Below, piece by piece: positions 45,732 to 58,100 of a stretch of 64,000 nt of DNA. This DNA is from a virus. Within the stretch, counting starts at the first letter, position 1, and each line of letters begins with the position of its first letter. Both the position numbers and the translations under genes were made by a program. The stretch is taken from positions 1,923 through 65,922 of IMG/VR virus record IMGVR_UViG_2811995041_000003; one strand, 5' to 3'. The notes beneath the pieces were generated by a model, which had not been told where the DNA came from, ran no database searches, and saw nothing but the letters and a program-made list of their open reading frames with translations.

Positions 45732-45955
45732 CACCGGGGTATATTTTACCCCTTGATGTTTTAGATCAGCTCGATAGAGATCTCAAAAAGCTCTATCTCG
45801 ACAACTCCGAAAAACCCTCGGATATCTATTACCTAGACGAAATGGACATCGGGTGGTTTTGCGAACTTATGAACTTTAGCGACAATGGTAGCTCTCATGG
45901 AAACGGAAAAACACAACAAAAACTCGGTTATATCGATCAAATACCGGGTTTTTAG
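45728..45955 (+). CDS. gpT-like -1 frameshift extension, copy 1
   Basis: -1 frame open to TAG 45955 (...IYYLDEMDIGWFCELM...YIDQIPGF). Confidence 0.75.
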   Translation, partial: LTPGYILPLDVLDQLDRDLKKLYLDNSEKPSDIYYLDEMDIGWFCELMNFSDNGSSHGNGKTQQKLGYIDQIPGF

Positions 45956-45973
45956 AAGGGAGGTATCGGAGAT

Positions 45974-48900
45974 TTGGCGACTGAATCAGTCGGATCAATA
46001 CGCGTTAGTTTAGGGCTAGACAATATTGATTTCTCTCGCGGCCTTCAGGACGTAAATAGAAAATTAAAGGTACTTAACTCGGAATTCAAAGCGGCAATGG
46101 CTGGCGCTGGCCGATTCGATAACAGCCTGGATTCATTGCGAAATAAGACCGACATATTAAATCGGACTTTACAGACGCAAAAGGCGAAACTCAACGAATT
46201 AAAACGACAATATGAAGAGAGCGTAAGGACGACGGGAAGGTACTCCGCCCAATCCGAAAAGCTCCTCGCCCAATATAATCGCACTGTTGCGGCGGTTCGG
46301 AAAACCGAGGATCAGTTAGACCTTCTTAACCGTAAAATGCGTGAGCAGAGTACCGGCTTCGGTCAGTTGGGCGCCAAAATTAGCGCAAGCATTAAAACGA
46401 TCGAAACCAAGCTACGCGTATTGGATTCAGCATTCGAGGCCTCATCAGCCGGCATAAAGGATTTCGGATCTACTACCGAACAATTACGGCAAAAATCGGA
46501 ACACCTTACGCAATCAATCTCGTTACAAGAGCAGCGTCTTAAAAACATACGTCGATTGTATCTCGAAGCTAAACGTGCAAAAGGTGAAGATGCTCAGGCG
46601 ACCCAAGAATTACGCGTTCAAATGAATCAAGCAACAGCACAACTCCGTACAACTCAAGCTGAGCTGGCCGCAACGAACCGACAGATCCAATCGAACACAG
46701 GCCGTTGGAACGAGCTCGGCAACCGGATGGGCGAAGTCGGAAATCGGATGCGGGACGTTGGCGGTCGGATGCAATCTGCGGGATCTGAAATCGCGATGTC
46801 ATTCGGCGTAGCGACAGCGGCTTTAGGCGGAGGGCTTGCGGCTTCAACGAAAAAAGCGATGGACTTCGAGCAGCAGATGTCGAACGTAAAGGCGGTCATG
46901 GATCCGGCAGAAGCCAACCAATACAGCTCCGCTCTTACGGAATTAGCCATTAAACTCGGTGCTGATACGAAATACAGTGCGCTTGAAGCTGCGCAAGGTA
47001 TGGAAGAACTCGTAAAGGCCGGTGTATCTACGGAAGACATACTGAATGGCGCACTTAAGGGCGCGTTATCGCTTGCGACAGCGGGAGAAGTAGGGCTTGC
47101 GGATGCAGCGGAAATTGCATCGACTGCACTGAATGCGTTTAAAGACGATAACATCAGCGTTGCACAGGCGGCGGATATTCTCGCAGGAGCCGCGAACTCG
47201 TCTTCAACTACGGTCGGAGAGATGCGGTACGGTCTTCAAATGACATCAACAGTAGCCGCTGGAATGGGTCTTTCTTTTAAAGACACGGCTACTACATTGG
47301 CTCTTTTCGCTCAGAATGGACTAAAAGGGTCCGACGCAGGTACTTCAATGAAAACAATGTTAAGTCGTTTAGTACCTATGACAAAGGCTCAGTATGAGAC
47401 AATGCACGATCTTGGCCTAGTCACCCTTGATACGTCTGAAGCTTTTAAACGTATGACTGACAAAGGTTTCAAACCAGCGAGTAAAAATATCGGTGATATT
47501 TACGACGCACTAAACAAATATGTCGAAAAGACGACTGGAGCGAAGCAAGGTACCGAAAAGTTCGAGAAGGCCTTTGACAAAGCGACTCGGAGTCTTGGTA
47601 TCATGGACAATAAATTTTTCGATGCTAACGGAAATATTCGAAGCATGACAGAAATATCTGGAGAGCTTTCGAAGGCACTTGACGGTTTGTCCGCAAAAGA
47701 TAAACAAGAAGCCCTATATAATATCTTCGGTAGTGACGCCATTCGGGGTGCGTCGATTCTTGGGAAGGTAGGAAGTAAAGGCTTCGATAAAATGGCGGCT
47801 GCGATGGATAAAATCAAGGCCGATAATGTTGCTGCTGAGAAAATGAATAACCTCAAAGGTAGGATAGAGGAGCTTTCAGGAGCCGTTGAAACTGCGCAAA
47901 TTTCATTCGGTAACGCGCTAACCCCGGCTATCTCTGCACTCGTTTCTATGCTCCAGAGAGCGACGGATTGGTTTAATGGTCTATCTAAGGGAATGCAATC
48001 GTTCGTAGCTATTTCTCTTGCAGTTACAACTTCAATTTTGGGCGTGGTTGCAGCGTTAGGTTTTTTAATGCTTGGTGTCGGTCAAATGATATCTGGACTC
48101 GGTACTTTAGGCGGCCTTTTGAAGGATTTATTCAAAAGTCAAAAATTCATAAGCGCCCTTAGCGTTGCATTCGGAGCACTCACGAGTCCGATCGGCCTTA
48201 CAGTTCTCGGCATAACCGCGATAGGAACCGCATTTGTGATTGCATACAAAAAGTCCGAAACATTCCGTAACTTTGTCAACGGAACTTTTGAATCCGTAAG
48301 AAATACGACAGTTGCCGCATTCAATGCAATAACATCAACGGTTGGTAAAACATTCGATTATATCCAAACAAAGTCAATCGCCGGATGGTCGAAATTCACT
48401 GACGGAGTTTCAACGATAGTCCCTGCGGTAAAACAAAAATTTACAAACGTTGTCGATTCGGTAGATAACTTCGTTGTGAATATCGGTTCAACTATTGCCG
48501 AAAGGTTCGGATCAGGTCTATCGGAAAAAGCTGGCGATGCGGTAGATCTATTTATTCAAAATCTAAAAACGGCATTTTCAAGCGTTGGTGGTGTAGTATC
48601 GATTATCACTCCGTCAATAACTGCGATCGGGTTAGCGATGGCGGGCGTATCTGGACCGGTTAGTTTCTTCATTACTTCGCTTGTTAGCGTTGCTGGATTT
48701 TTGTACCGATTGTATCAAACGAATGAAGAGTTCAGGGCGTCTGTTCAAAATGTATGGTCCCAAGTGACTTCAGTTATAGGGAGTGCAGTTACAGCTTTGC
48801 AGCCCGTAATAAGTGCGTTTGTTGGGTATTTCGCAGGCATTGCAGAAGAATTAGCACCGGAGTTTGCAAAAACCGGCGAGGTAATCATGACAAGCCTTGC

Positions 48901-50371
48901 TTCACTTCGTCCTACCTTTATAGAGCTTGGTCAAGCTTTTCAGGAACTTTGGCAGGCACTGAGTGAGTCGTTCTCTCAGATAGCTGTTCAGATGGCACCT
49001 ATCATTCAGCAACTGAGTGCGACTTTTGCGGCAGCAATGCCTCAACTAGTGTCCACAGTCGGTCAATTAGTTCAAGTATGGGCTAATTTTCTGGTACAGT
49101 TCATGCAAATCGTAACTCAAGTAGCTTCTGTGCTTTTGCCAATGTTATCTCAAGCATTCTCGGCAATAGTTCCGGTGATTTTTCAGGTGGTAAGCTCTGT
49201 ATTTCCTTTGATAGTACAGGTGATTCAATCTCTTATACCTGTTATTACAACGATAGTCACTACGTTACTTCCTATGCTTTTACAAACATTCCAAGCAATT
49301 TTCCCGCCGATTCTTGCTGTTGTTCAGGCGGTTGCTCCAATAATTACTATGATTTTGACTACTGTTGCTCAGGTATTGAGTCAACTCGCTGTTACGTTGC
49401 TGCCGTTGCTTTTACAAATTGTTCAGACTGTCTTTCCGGTACTTGTAACAATTATCCAAGCGGCCGTAAGTGCACTAGTTCCAGTTTTACAAGCTGTAGC
49501 GACAATTATTCGTACAGTTCTCATTCCGGCAATTCAATTCATTCTCCAAATCGTGCAGGCTGTTTTCCCGGTAATCGTTGGTGTCATTCAAGGCGCTTTG
49601 AATATCGTTATAAATGTAGTTCGATTGTTCACTTCGTTGCTAAAAGGTGACTGGAGCGGAGTCTGGCAAGCCATAATCGGCATTCTAAAAGGCTGCTGGT
49701 CCATAATTACGGCTGTCCTTCGAGGAGCAGGAAATTTGGTTCTTTCAATATTTTCCTGGTTGATTAATGGAGCGATCGGCGCTTGGGATGGAATGAAAGG
49801 GAACACGGTAAAAATCTTTACGAATATCAAGGATTTTGTCGTGAAAACATTCAACAATCTGATCGAAGGGGCTAAGAATCTTCCGGGTCAGATTGGAGAT
49901 GGAATCAAGAGCATGGCTGGGAAAGCTATGGATGGTGTAAAAGCGCTTGGGAACAAAATGATCGATGGACTGGAGTGGATTATCAACGGACTAACCCAAA
50001 ACGGTATTAATAAATTACTTGATACTTTTGGTGTTGATAAGAAACTTCGTATTCCGAAGTTAGAAATTCCTAGATTCGCTAAAGGTACTCCGCCGGGAGG
50101 GCACAAAGGCGGACTCGCTATTTTGGGAGACGGCGGAGGTCCGGAATTATTCCGTACACCTTCTGGTTTCGTTGGTCTAAGTCCGGGTACAGACACACTA
50201 TTCAACCTACCGAAAGGAACGCAAGTCCTTCCACATAAAGAGACGCGTGATCTACTGTCTTCTGGAATCCCGGCATTTAAGAAAGGTACCAAAAATAAAA
50301 GCTTTTTCGATTCTGTTGTCGACGTAGGAAAAGGCGCTCATGCCCGCAAACGCGATGATGATGATTCATAA
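45974..50371 (+). pseudogene. Tape measure protein, copy 1, truncated at the duplication junction
   Basis: Identical to copy 2 up to 50339, then 10 out-of-frame codons; lacks the SLT domain. Confidence 0.85.
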
Positions 50372-50765
50372 TCCGTGGACTGTTGCGCAAGGCAATGCGG
50401 AAGAACTCCGCAAACAAGCCGACGACATGGATCGCATTCGCGAAAGTCTTATCGAAGCTTACCTCGAAAAAGCAGGCGGAAAACTCGATCGTGATCGTTT
50501 GATCGAACTTATGGACGCAGAAACGTGGCTGTCGGCGCAAGAATGCCTCGATTTAGGGCTGTGCGATTCTATCGAAGCTCCTAGCGCTGCCGTTGCGAAA
50601 GTAGACACGCAGTTATTTGCGAAGTACCGGAACACTCCGGAATCACTTCTTAATCAGACGAAAGAGGACGAAAAGCAGGCGGAAAAAGAGCGCCTGTTCC
50701 GTGAGCAGCTTATCGCGGAAGCACAAACGAATTTACTAAAACTTCAAAACGGGGGAATCATTTAA
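50340..50765 (+). pseudogene. 5'-truncated prohead protease, copy 2
   Basis: Starts at MPANAMMM; lacks the catalytic Ser motif GLAAS. Confidence 0.85.
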
Positions 50766-51919
50766 TGGAACTATTTGATCTGAAGGCAAACTTAAACACT
50801 GTAGGTACACAATTAGCATCGGTTGAAAAAGAAATCATGAACAAAGCAGCCGACCCTAACGCTTCTATCGACGAAGTACGGTCTCTAAAACAAAAAAGAG
50901 ACGATCTTAAAGAACGCATGGATATCCTGCAAAATCAACACGATGCTTTAGAGCAGGAACAAAAAGCTAAAATTCAAGCAAGCCTTGAAAAAGCAAAAGC
51001 AGGCGCGTCTGCTGGACTTAACAGCGAAGATCCAAAAGTTAAGAAAATTTCTGCTAAAGCTGGATTAATCCGTGCAACAATGCGAAAAGAAGTACCGGCT
51101 CCTGAGGTACGTGCTGCGTTAGGAGATAATAACGGAACAGGCGGGGAAAAACTCCTTCCTAAAACAGTTTCGGAAGAACTTATTCACGAACCTTTTGTAA
51201 AGAATCCGTTGCGTGAGCTTTCAACGTATACGAGTGTAACAAATCTCGAAATCCCTAAAGTTGATTTTTCCCTTGACGATGATGACTTCATCCAAGACTT
51301 GCAGACTGCTAAAGAACTTGAAGTAGACGGAGATGTAGTTACTTTCGGACGTCGCAAATTCAAAGTCATGGCAAAAATCTCCGAAACTATTTTGGCAGCT
51401 ACTGATACTGATCTGGTCGCTACAGTTGAGCGCGCTTTACAATCCGGCCTAGCTGCAAAAGAGAAAAAAGTTTCTTTCGCAGTAACACCGAAACAGGGAG
51501 AAGAGGAAATGTCCTTCTACGCTGCCGGAATTAAGCAAGTATCTGCGGAAGATAAATATAAAGCAATCAAAAAAGCTATTGCTGATCTTCCGGAGGACTT
51601 CCGTGAAAACGCAAAAGTAATGATGACATACGCAGACTATCTCGAAATCATTGAAACTTTGGCTAATGGAAGTGCAACTCTTTACGGTGCACAACCGGAA
51701 CAAATCATCGGTAAACCAGTTGAATTCTGTGACGCTGCGGTTGATCCTATCGTCGGTGACTTCCGTTACTCTCACTTCAACTATGATCCAGCGATCACTT
51801 ACGAAAGCGATAAAGACGTTAAAACTGGCGAAAATGTATTCGTTCTTACTGCGTATTTCGATCACAAAATTAAACTGAAATCTGCATTCCGTATCGCTAA
51901 AGTAGACACTACTCCCTAA
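50765..51919 (+). CDS. Major capsid protein, copy 2
   Basis: Identical translation to copy 1. Confidence 0.9.
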   Translation: MELFDLKANLNTVGTQLASVEKEIMNKAADPNASIDEVRSLKQKRDDLKERMDILQNQHDALEQEQKAKIQASLEKAKAGASAGLNSEDPKVKKISAKAGLIRATMRKEVPAPEVRAALGDNNGTGGEKLLPKTVSEELIHEPFVKNPLRELSTYTSVTNLEIPKVDFSLDDDDFIQDLQTAKELEVDGDVVTFGRRKFKVMAKISETILAATDTDLVATVERALQSGLAAKEKKVSFAVTPKQGEEEMSFYAAGIKQVSAEDKYKAIKKAIADLPEDFRENAKVMMTYADYLEIIETLANGSATLYGAQPEQIIGKPVEFCDAAVDPIVGDFRYSHFNYDPAITYESDKDVKTGENVFVLTAYFDHKIKLKSAFRIAKVDTTP

Positions 51920-52457
51920 AGCACCCCAAGGGCTAAAGGCATCTTCGACTGACTCATCGGTGTCCCTAAGTTGGGATGCCGTAGCCTTTGCTGGGGGAAT
52001 CAAAGAATACGAAATCTTTAGGGACGGGGTTTCCGTCGGGACCCGCGTTGGCACGTCGTTTAGTGAGAGCGGTTTAAAACCGGAAACTACGTATAAATAC
52101 CAAGTACGGGCGATCTCAATGGCGGGTAATCCGTCGGAGCTAAGTAACGAACTTTCCGTTACGACAAAACCGACGCCTGTGCCTGATCCGGAAAGCATCA
52201 GCGTCAGCCCATCGTCTAAAACATTGAACGTAGGTGAGACGCAGCAAATTACCGCAACAGTATCGCCAAGTGGAGCTGACCAAGGCGTAACATACACGTC
52301 GAGCAACACGTCAGTCGCAACGGTGACGAGCTCTGGAAAGGTAACTGCGGTTGCAGCCGGATCTGCTACGATTACTGTCAAATCGAAAGTTAAGACAACG
52401 GTTAAGAATACCGTAACGATCACTGTTGTCGAACCAACACCATCTGGCGGTGAGTAA
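51915..52457 (+). CDS. FN3 + Ig-like capsid extension, copy 2
   Basis: Identical to copy 1. Confidence 0.78.
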   Translation, partial: PKAPQGLKASSTDSSVSLSWDAVAFAGGIKEYEIFRDGVSVGTRVGTSFSESGLKPETTYKYQVRAISMAGNPSELSNELSVTTKPTPVPDPESISVSPSSKTLNVGETQQITATVSPSGADQGVTYTSSNTSVATVTSSGKVTAVAAGSATITVKSKVKTTVKNTVTITVVEPTPSGGE

Positions 52458-52459
52458 AT

Positions 52460-52699
52460 ATGAAAATCACTCCCGATGAGGTAAAAGAATATCTGCGGAT
52501 TGATGGAGATGAGGAGGATTCCCTTATCTCCTTTTTTATTTCCGCCGCAGAGAAACATCTGGAAAACGCCGGTGTAACCGACAAGGAATCGGAACTATAT
52601 AAACTGGCCGTCCTCATATACGTCACAGATGCGTATGAAAACAGATCAACCGCAATGAGCGGAAACAAAGTAGCCGGCATTGTATTGCAACTGAGGTGA
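52460..52699 (+). CDS. Head-tail connector, copy 2
   Basis: Identical to copy 1. Confidence 0.85.
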   Translation: MKITPDEVKEYLRIDGDEEDSLISFFISAAEKHLENAGVTDKESELYKLAVLIYVTDAYENRSTAMSGNKVAGIVLQLR

Positions 52700-52703
52700 T
52701 CAC

Positions 52704-53039
52704 GTGAACACAGGAGATTTTAATAAGCGGATCACATTTCTCCGTTTTACCGAAACAACAAACGATGAGGGATTCGAAATAAAGGAATGGTTACCGGTTG
52801 CGACCGTTTGGTCAGCGGTTAAGACGGTTCAGGGGCGCGAATTTTACCAGGCGGGCGCAGTACAGGCGGACAGGACAGCACGGTTTGTTATTCGATATTC
52901 AAAACGGATGAAGTCGATTCTTAGAAATGACTTGCGCATTTCATACGGAGGTAGGACGTTCGAAATTGAGAGCATCATAAATGACGATGAGCGGAACGTC
53001 ACCTTTACGATAGTGACGAAGGAGGTCGGAATCAAATGA
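52704..53039 (+). CDS. Head closure protein, copy 2
   Basis: Identical to copy 1. Confidence 0.85.
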   Translation: MNTGDFNKRITFLRFTETTNDEGFEIKEWLPVATVWSAVKTVQGREFYQAGAVQADRTARFVIRYSKRMKSILRNDLRISYGGRTFEIESIINDDERNVTFTIVTKEVGIK

Positions 53040-53458
53040 GCATTCGGATTTCCGGGTTTGACGAGGTGATGCGAAATATCCAGCGTATGGGTAATCGAGC
53101 TAATTCGTTGAAATCGGGCGCGTTAGATGCCGGGGCAAAGCCTATTTACGAAACTATGGAAGAGAACAACCCGAGTAAAAGATACAAGATCGCTGTCGAA
53201 AAAAGTAAGTCAGACGAAGTAGTAATCGGCCCTGAAAAAGACTTTTTCACAGCACATTTTCTTGAATTCGGCACAAGTCCACACCTTATAAAACTGCGAA
53301 AAGCCAAAATACAGACAGACGGCCAAATTGTTTACGGTAAGGAAGTTAACCACCCAGGGCACGCTCCTCGACCGTTCGTTGAGCCGTCTTTTCTTGCATC
53401 TAAGGATGATGCGCAGCAAGAGATTGTCAGCTACTACCGGAGGAATTTGCTGCCATGA
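53036..53458 (+). CDS. HK97 gp10-like protein, copy 2
   Basis: Identical to copy 1. Confidence 0.83.
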   Translation: MSIRISGFDEVMRNIQRMGNRANSLKSGALDAGAKPIYETMEENNPSKRYKIAVEKSKSDEVVIGPEKDFFTAHFLEFGTSPHLIKLRKAKIQTDGQIVYGKEVNHPGHAPRPFVEPSFLASKDDAQQEIVSYYRRNLLP

Positions 53459-53799
53459 GTCTTCGGAGTCTAGTAATGGCGACTTTGAAGGATATTGGTG
53501 TACCTGTTCGATTTATTACGTATTCAGGTGACGAGGATACTTACATTCTCTTTTATGTTTACAACGTATCAGGCGCCCTTTCAACGGAGGATGAAGAGGC
53601 CTTCGCTAATCACTATGTACAAATCAGTATCTTCACAAAAGACCCAACTAAATATTCAGAACTGGAAAAAGAGGTAAAGAGCCGGCTCAAACGAGCTGGC
53701 TTTTTTCGTTCAAACGAACAGGACCTTTATGAAACCGAAACTGAGCTTTTTCACAAAGTCTTGCGTTATGGAACGACACTAAATACGGAAGAGGAGTGA
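53455..53799 (+). CDS. Tail completion protein, copy 2
   Basis: Identical to copy 1. Confidence 0.7.
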   Translation: MSLRSLVMATLKDIGVPVRFITYSGDEDTYILFYVYNVSGALSTEDEEAFANHYVQISIFTKDPTKYSELEKEVKSRLKRAGFFRSNEQDLYETETELFHKVLRYGTTLNTEEE

Positions 53800-53807
53800 A
53801 TCAACCT

Positions 53808-54389
53808 ATGGCAAAAGGCGTACGCGTAGGTTTAAAAAATATACACTTTGCGAAAATTCTAACGGAAGATGAGAACGGAGTTACTTACGATACTCCGGTT
53901 AAAATCGGAAATGCGATCGAAGCAAGTATTAAACCGAATACAAACAGCGAAACTCTATATGCTGATGACGGCCCTTCGGAGGTTGAATCTTCGATGGGAG
54001 AAACCGAAGTTGAAATCGGTATCGACCAATTATCAACTGCTGCTCAGGCGTTGTTGCTAGGTCACACGATTCTTGCCGACGGTGTACTAGAAAAGAAAGA
54101 AACAGATGTTGCACCATACGGAGCCTTGTTATTTGAGTCAGCTACTACCGGAGGAAAATCTAAACTTTACGCGCTATATAAAGGAAGATTCCAGCCGCAA
54201 GAGGAGTCTTTTGCAACTAAAGGAGATAGCCCGGAATTCCAAACCGACTCTATTTCTGGTGTATTTGTACGACGCGATCACGACAAAGTTTGGCAGCGTA
54301 GTGTATTTACGGGAGATGACGGCGTGAAAGCAGAGGTTATCGAAAACTGGTTCAAGAAAGTTTACGAACCAACGACCTCTACTCCCTGA
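53808..54389 (+). CDS. Major tail protein, copy 2
   Basis: Identical to copy 1. Confidence 0.88.
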   Translation: MAKGVRVGLKNIHFAKILTEDENGVTYDTPVKIGNAIEASIKPNTNSETLYADDGPSEVESSMGETEVEIGIDQLSTAAQALLLGHTILADGVLEKKETDVAPYGALLFESATTGGKSKLYALYKGRFQPQEESFATKGDSPEFQTDSISGVFVRRDHDKVWQRSVFTGDDGVKAEVIENWFKKVYEPTTSTP

Positions 54390-54522
54390 TAATGGGGCTA
54401 CCAAAAGCCCCGAACCAATAGAAGAACCGGTCGATGATGCAAACAACGCTGAAACAGAGATGGAGAGCTAAGTTTTTAGCTCTCTTTTTTATTAAAAATA
54501 AAAGAAATTAGGAGCGTGGATT

Positions 54523-54858
54523 ATGCAAATTACATTAATGATTGACGGCGAAGATAAAGTATTTCAAGCACCTTTTGTAAAGGGCCGTATGTTGCGGGAA
54601 GCTATTAAACTTTCAAAGTCAAGCAACTTCGATGACTTAGATGTTGAGGATCTTGACGCATTGGTTGGTTACGTGGTTCGAGTTTATGATAATCAGTTCG
54701 ATATCGACCAATTTTACGACGGGATCTCTTCTGAAAAACTGATCCCAGTTATTACAGAAACAATTCAGAAAGTTGTAGGGACTGTGGCTGCGCCAAATGA
54801 GCAAGTCGGCGAGAACAAAGCAACTGAAACGCAGGCAATCGGTGAGGTAAAAAACTAA
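54523..54858 (+). CDS. Tail assembly chaperone, copy 2 (-1 extension to 55082)
   Basis: Identical to copy 1. Confidence 0.83.
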   Translation: MQITLMIDGEDKVFQAPFVKGRMLREAIKLSKSSNFDDLDVEDLDALVGYVVRVYDNQFDIDQFYDGISSEKLIPVITETIQKVVGTVAAPNEQVGENKATETQAIGEVKN

Positions 54859-55100
54859 CACCGGGGTATATTTTACCCCTTGATGTTTTAGATCAGCTCG
54901 ATAGAGATCTCAAAAAGCTCTATCTCGACAACTCCGAAAAACCCTCGGATATCTATTACCTAGACGAAATGGACATCGGGTGGTTTTGCGAACTTATGAA
55001 CTTTAGCGACAATGGTAGCTCTCATGGAAACGGAAAAACACAACAAAAACTCGGTTATATCGATCAAATACCGGGTTTTTAGAAGGGAGGTATCGGAGAT

Positions 55101-58100
55101 TTGGCGACTGAATCAGTCGGATCAATACGCGTTAGTTTAGGGCTAGACAATATTGATTTCTCTCGCGGCCTTCAGGACGTAAATAGAAAATTAAAGGTAC
55201 TTAACTCGGAATTCAAAGCGGCAATGGCTGGCGCTGGCCGATTCGATAACAGCCTGGATTCATTGCGAAATAAGACCGACATATTAAATCGGACTTTACA
55301 GACGCAAAAGGCGAAACTCAACGAATTAAAACGACAATATGAAGAGAGCGTAAGGACGACGGGAAGGTACTCCGCCCAATCCGAAAAGCTCCTCGCCCAA
55401 TATAATCGCACTGTTGCGGCGGTTCGGAAAACCGAGGATCAGTTAGACCTTCTTAACCGTAAAATGCGTGAGCAGAGTACCGGCTTCGGTCAGTTGGGCG
55501 CCAAAATTAGCGCAAGCATTAAAACGATCGAAACCAAGCTACGCGTATTGGATTCAGCATTCGAGGCCTCATCAGCCGGCATAAAGGATTTCGGATCTAC
55601 TACCGAACAATTACGGCAAAAATCGGAACACCTTACGCAATCAATCTCGTTACAAGAGCAGCGTCTTAAAAACATACGTCGATTGTATCTCGAAGCTAAA
55701 CGTGCAAAAGGTGAAGATGCTCAGGCGACCCAAGAATTACGCGTTCAAATGAATCAAGCAACAGCACAACTCCGTACAACTCAAGCTGAGCTGGCCGCAA
55801 CGAACCGACAGATCCAATCGAACACAGGCCGTTGGAACGAGCTCGGCAACCGGATGGGCGAAGTCGGAAATCGGATGCGGGACGTTGGCGGTCGGATGCA
55901 ATCTGCGGGATCTGAAATCGCGATGTCATTCGGCGTAGCGACAGCGGCTTTAGGCGGAGGGCTTGCGGCTTCAACGAAAAAAGCGATGGACTTCGAGCAG
56001 CAGATGTCGAACGTAAAGGCGGTCATGGATCCGGCAGAAGCCAACCAATACAGCTCCGCTCTTACGGAATTAGCCATTAAACTCGGTGCTGATACGAAAT
56101 ACAGTGCGCTTGAAGCTGCGCAAGGTATGGAAGAACTCGTAAAGGCCGGTGTATCTACGGAAGACATACTGAATGGCGCACTTAAGGGCGCGTTATCGCT
56201 TGCGACAGCGGGAGAAGTAGGGCTTGCGGATGCAGCGGAAATTGCATCGACTGCACTGAATGCGTTTAAAGACGATAACATCAGCGTTGCACAGGCGGCG
56301 GATATTCTCGCAGGAGCCGCGAACTCGTCTTCAACTACGGTCGGAGAGATGCGGTACGGTCTTCAAATGACATCAACAGTAGCCGCTGGAATGGGTCTTT
56401 CTTTTAAAGACACGGCTACTACATTGGCTCTTTTCGCTCAGAATGGACTAAAAGGGTCCGACGCAGGTACTTCAATGAAAACAATGTTAAGTCGTTTAGT
56501 ACCTATGACAAAGGCTCAGTATGAGACAATGCACGATCTTGGCCTAGTCACCCTTGATACGTCTGAAGCTTTTAAACGTATGACTGACAAAGGTTTCAAA
56601 CCAGCGAGTAAAAATATCGGTGATATTTACGACGCACTAAACAAATATGTCGAAAAGACGACTGGAGCGAAGCAAGGTACCGAAAAGTTCGAGAAGGCCT
56701 TTGACAAAGCGACTCGGAGTCTTGGTATCATGGACAATAAATTTTTCGATGCTAACGGAAATATTCGAAGCATGACAGAAATATCTGGAGAGCTTTCGAA
56801 GGCACTTGACGGTTTGTCCGCAAAAGATAAACAAGAAGCCCTATATAATATCTTCGGTAGTGACGCCATTCGGGGTGCGTCGATTCTTGGGAAGGTAGGA
56901 AGTAAAGGCTTCGATAAAATGGCGGCTGCGATGGATAAAATCAAGGCCGATAATGTTGCTGCTGAGAAAATGAATAACCTCAAAGGTAGGATAGAGGAGC
57001 TTTCAGGAGCCGTTGAAACTGCGCAAATTTCATTCGGTAACGCGCTAACCCCGGCTATCTCTGCACTCGTTTCTATGCTCCAGAGAGCGACGGATTGGTT
57101 TAATGGTCTATCTAAGGGAATGCAATCGTTCGTAGCTATTTCTCTTGCAGTTACAACTTCAATTTTGGGCGTGGTTGCAGCGTTAGGTTTTTTAATGCTT
57201 GGTGTCGGTCAAATGATATCTGGACTCGGTACTTTAGGCGGCCTTTTGAAGGATTTATTCAAAAGTCAAAAATTCATAAGCGCCCTTAGCGTTGCATTCG
57301 GAGCACTCACGAGTCCGATCGGCCTTACAGTTCTCGGCATAACCGCGATAGGAACCGCATTTGTGATTGCATACAAAAAGTCCGAAACATTCCGTAACTT
57401 TGTCAACGGAACTTTTGAATCCGTAAGAAATACGACAGTTGCCGCATTCAATGCAATAACATCAACGGTTGGTAAAACATTCGATTATATCCAAACAAAG
57501 TCAATCGCCGGATGGTCGAAATTCACTGACGGAGTTTCAACGATAGTCCCTGCGGTAAAACAAAAATTTACAAACGTTGTCGATTCGGTAGATAACTTCG
57601 TTGTGAATATCGGTTCAACTATTGCCGAAAGGTTCGGATCAGGTCTATCGGAAAAAGCTGGCGATGCGGTAGATCTATTTATTCAAAATCTAAAAACGGC
57701 ATTTTCAAGCGTTGGTGGTGTAGTATCGATTATCACTCCGTCAATAACTGCGATCGGGTTAGCGATGGCGGGCGTATCTGGACCGGTTAGTTTCTTCATT
57801 ACTTCGCTTGTTAGCGTTGCTGGATTTTTGTACCGATTGTATCAAACGAATGAAGAGTTCAGGGCGTCTGTTCAAAATGTATGGTCCCAAGTGACTTCAG
57901 TTATAGGGAGTGCAGTTACAGCTTTGCAGCCCGTAATAAGTGCGTTTGTTGGGTATTTCGCAGGCATTGCAGAAGAATTAGCACCGGAGTTTGCAAAAAC
58001 CGGCGAGGTAATCATGACAAGCCTTGCTTCACTTCGTCCTACCTTTATAGAGCTTGGTCAAGCTTTTCAGGAACTTTGGCAGGCACTGAGTGAGTCGTTC

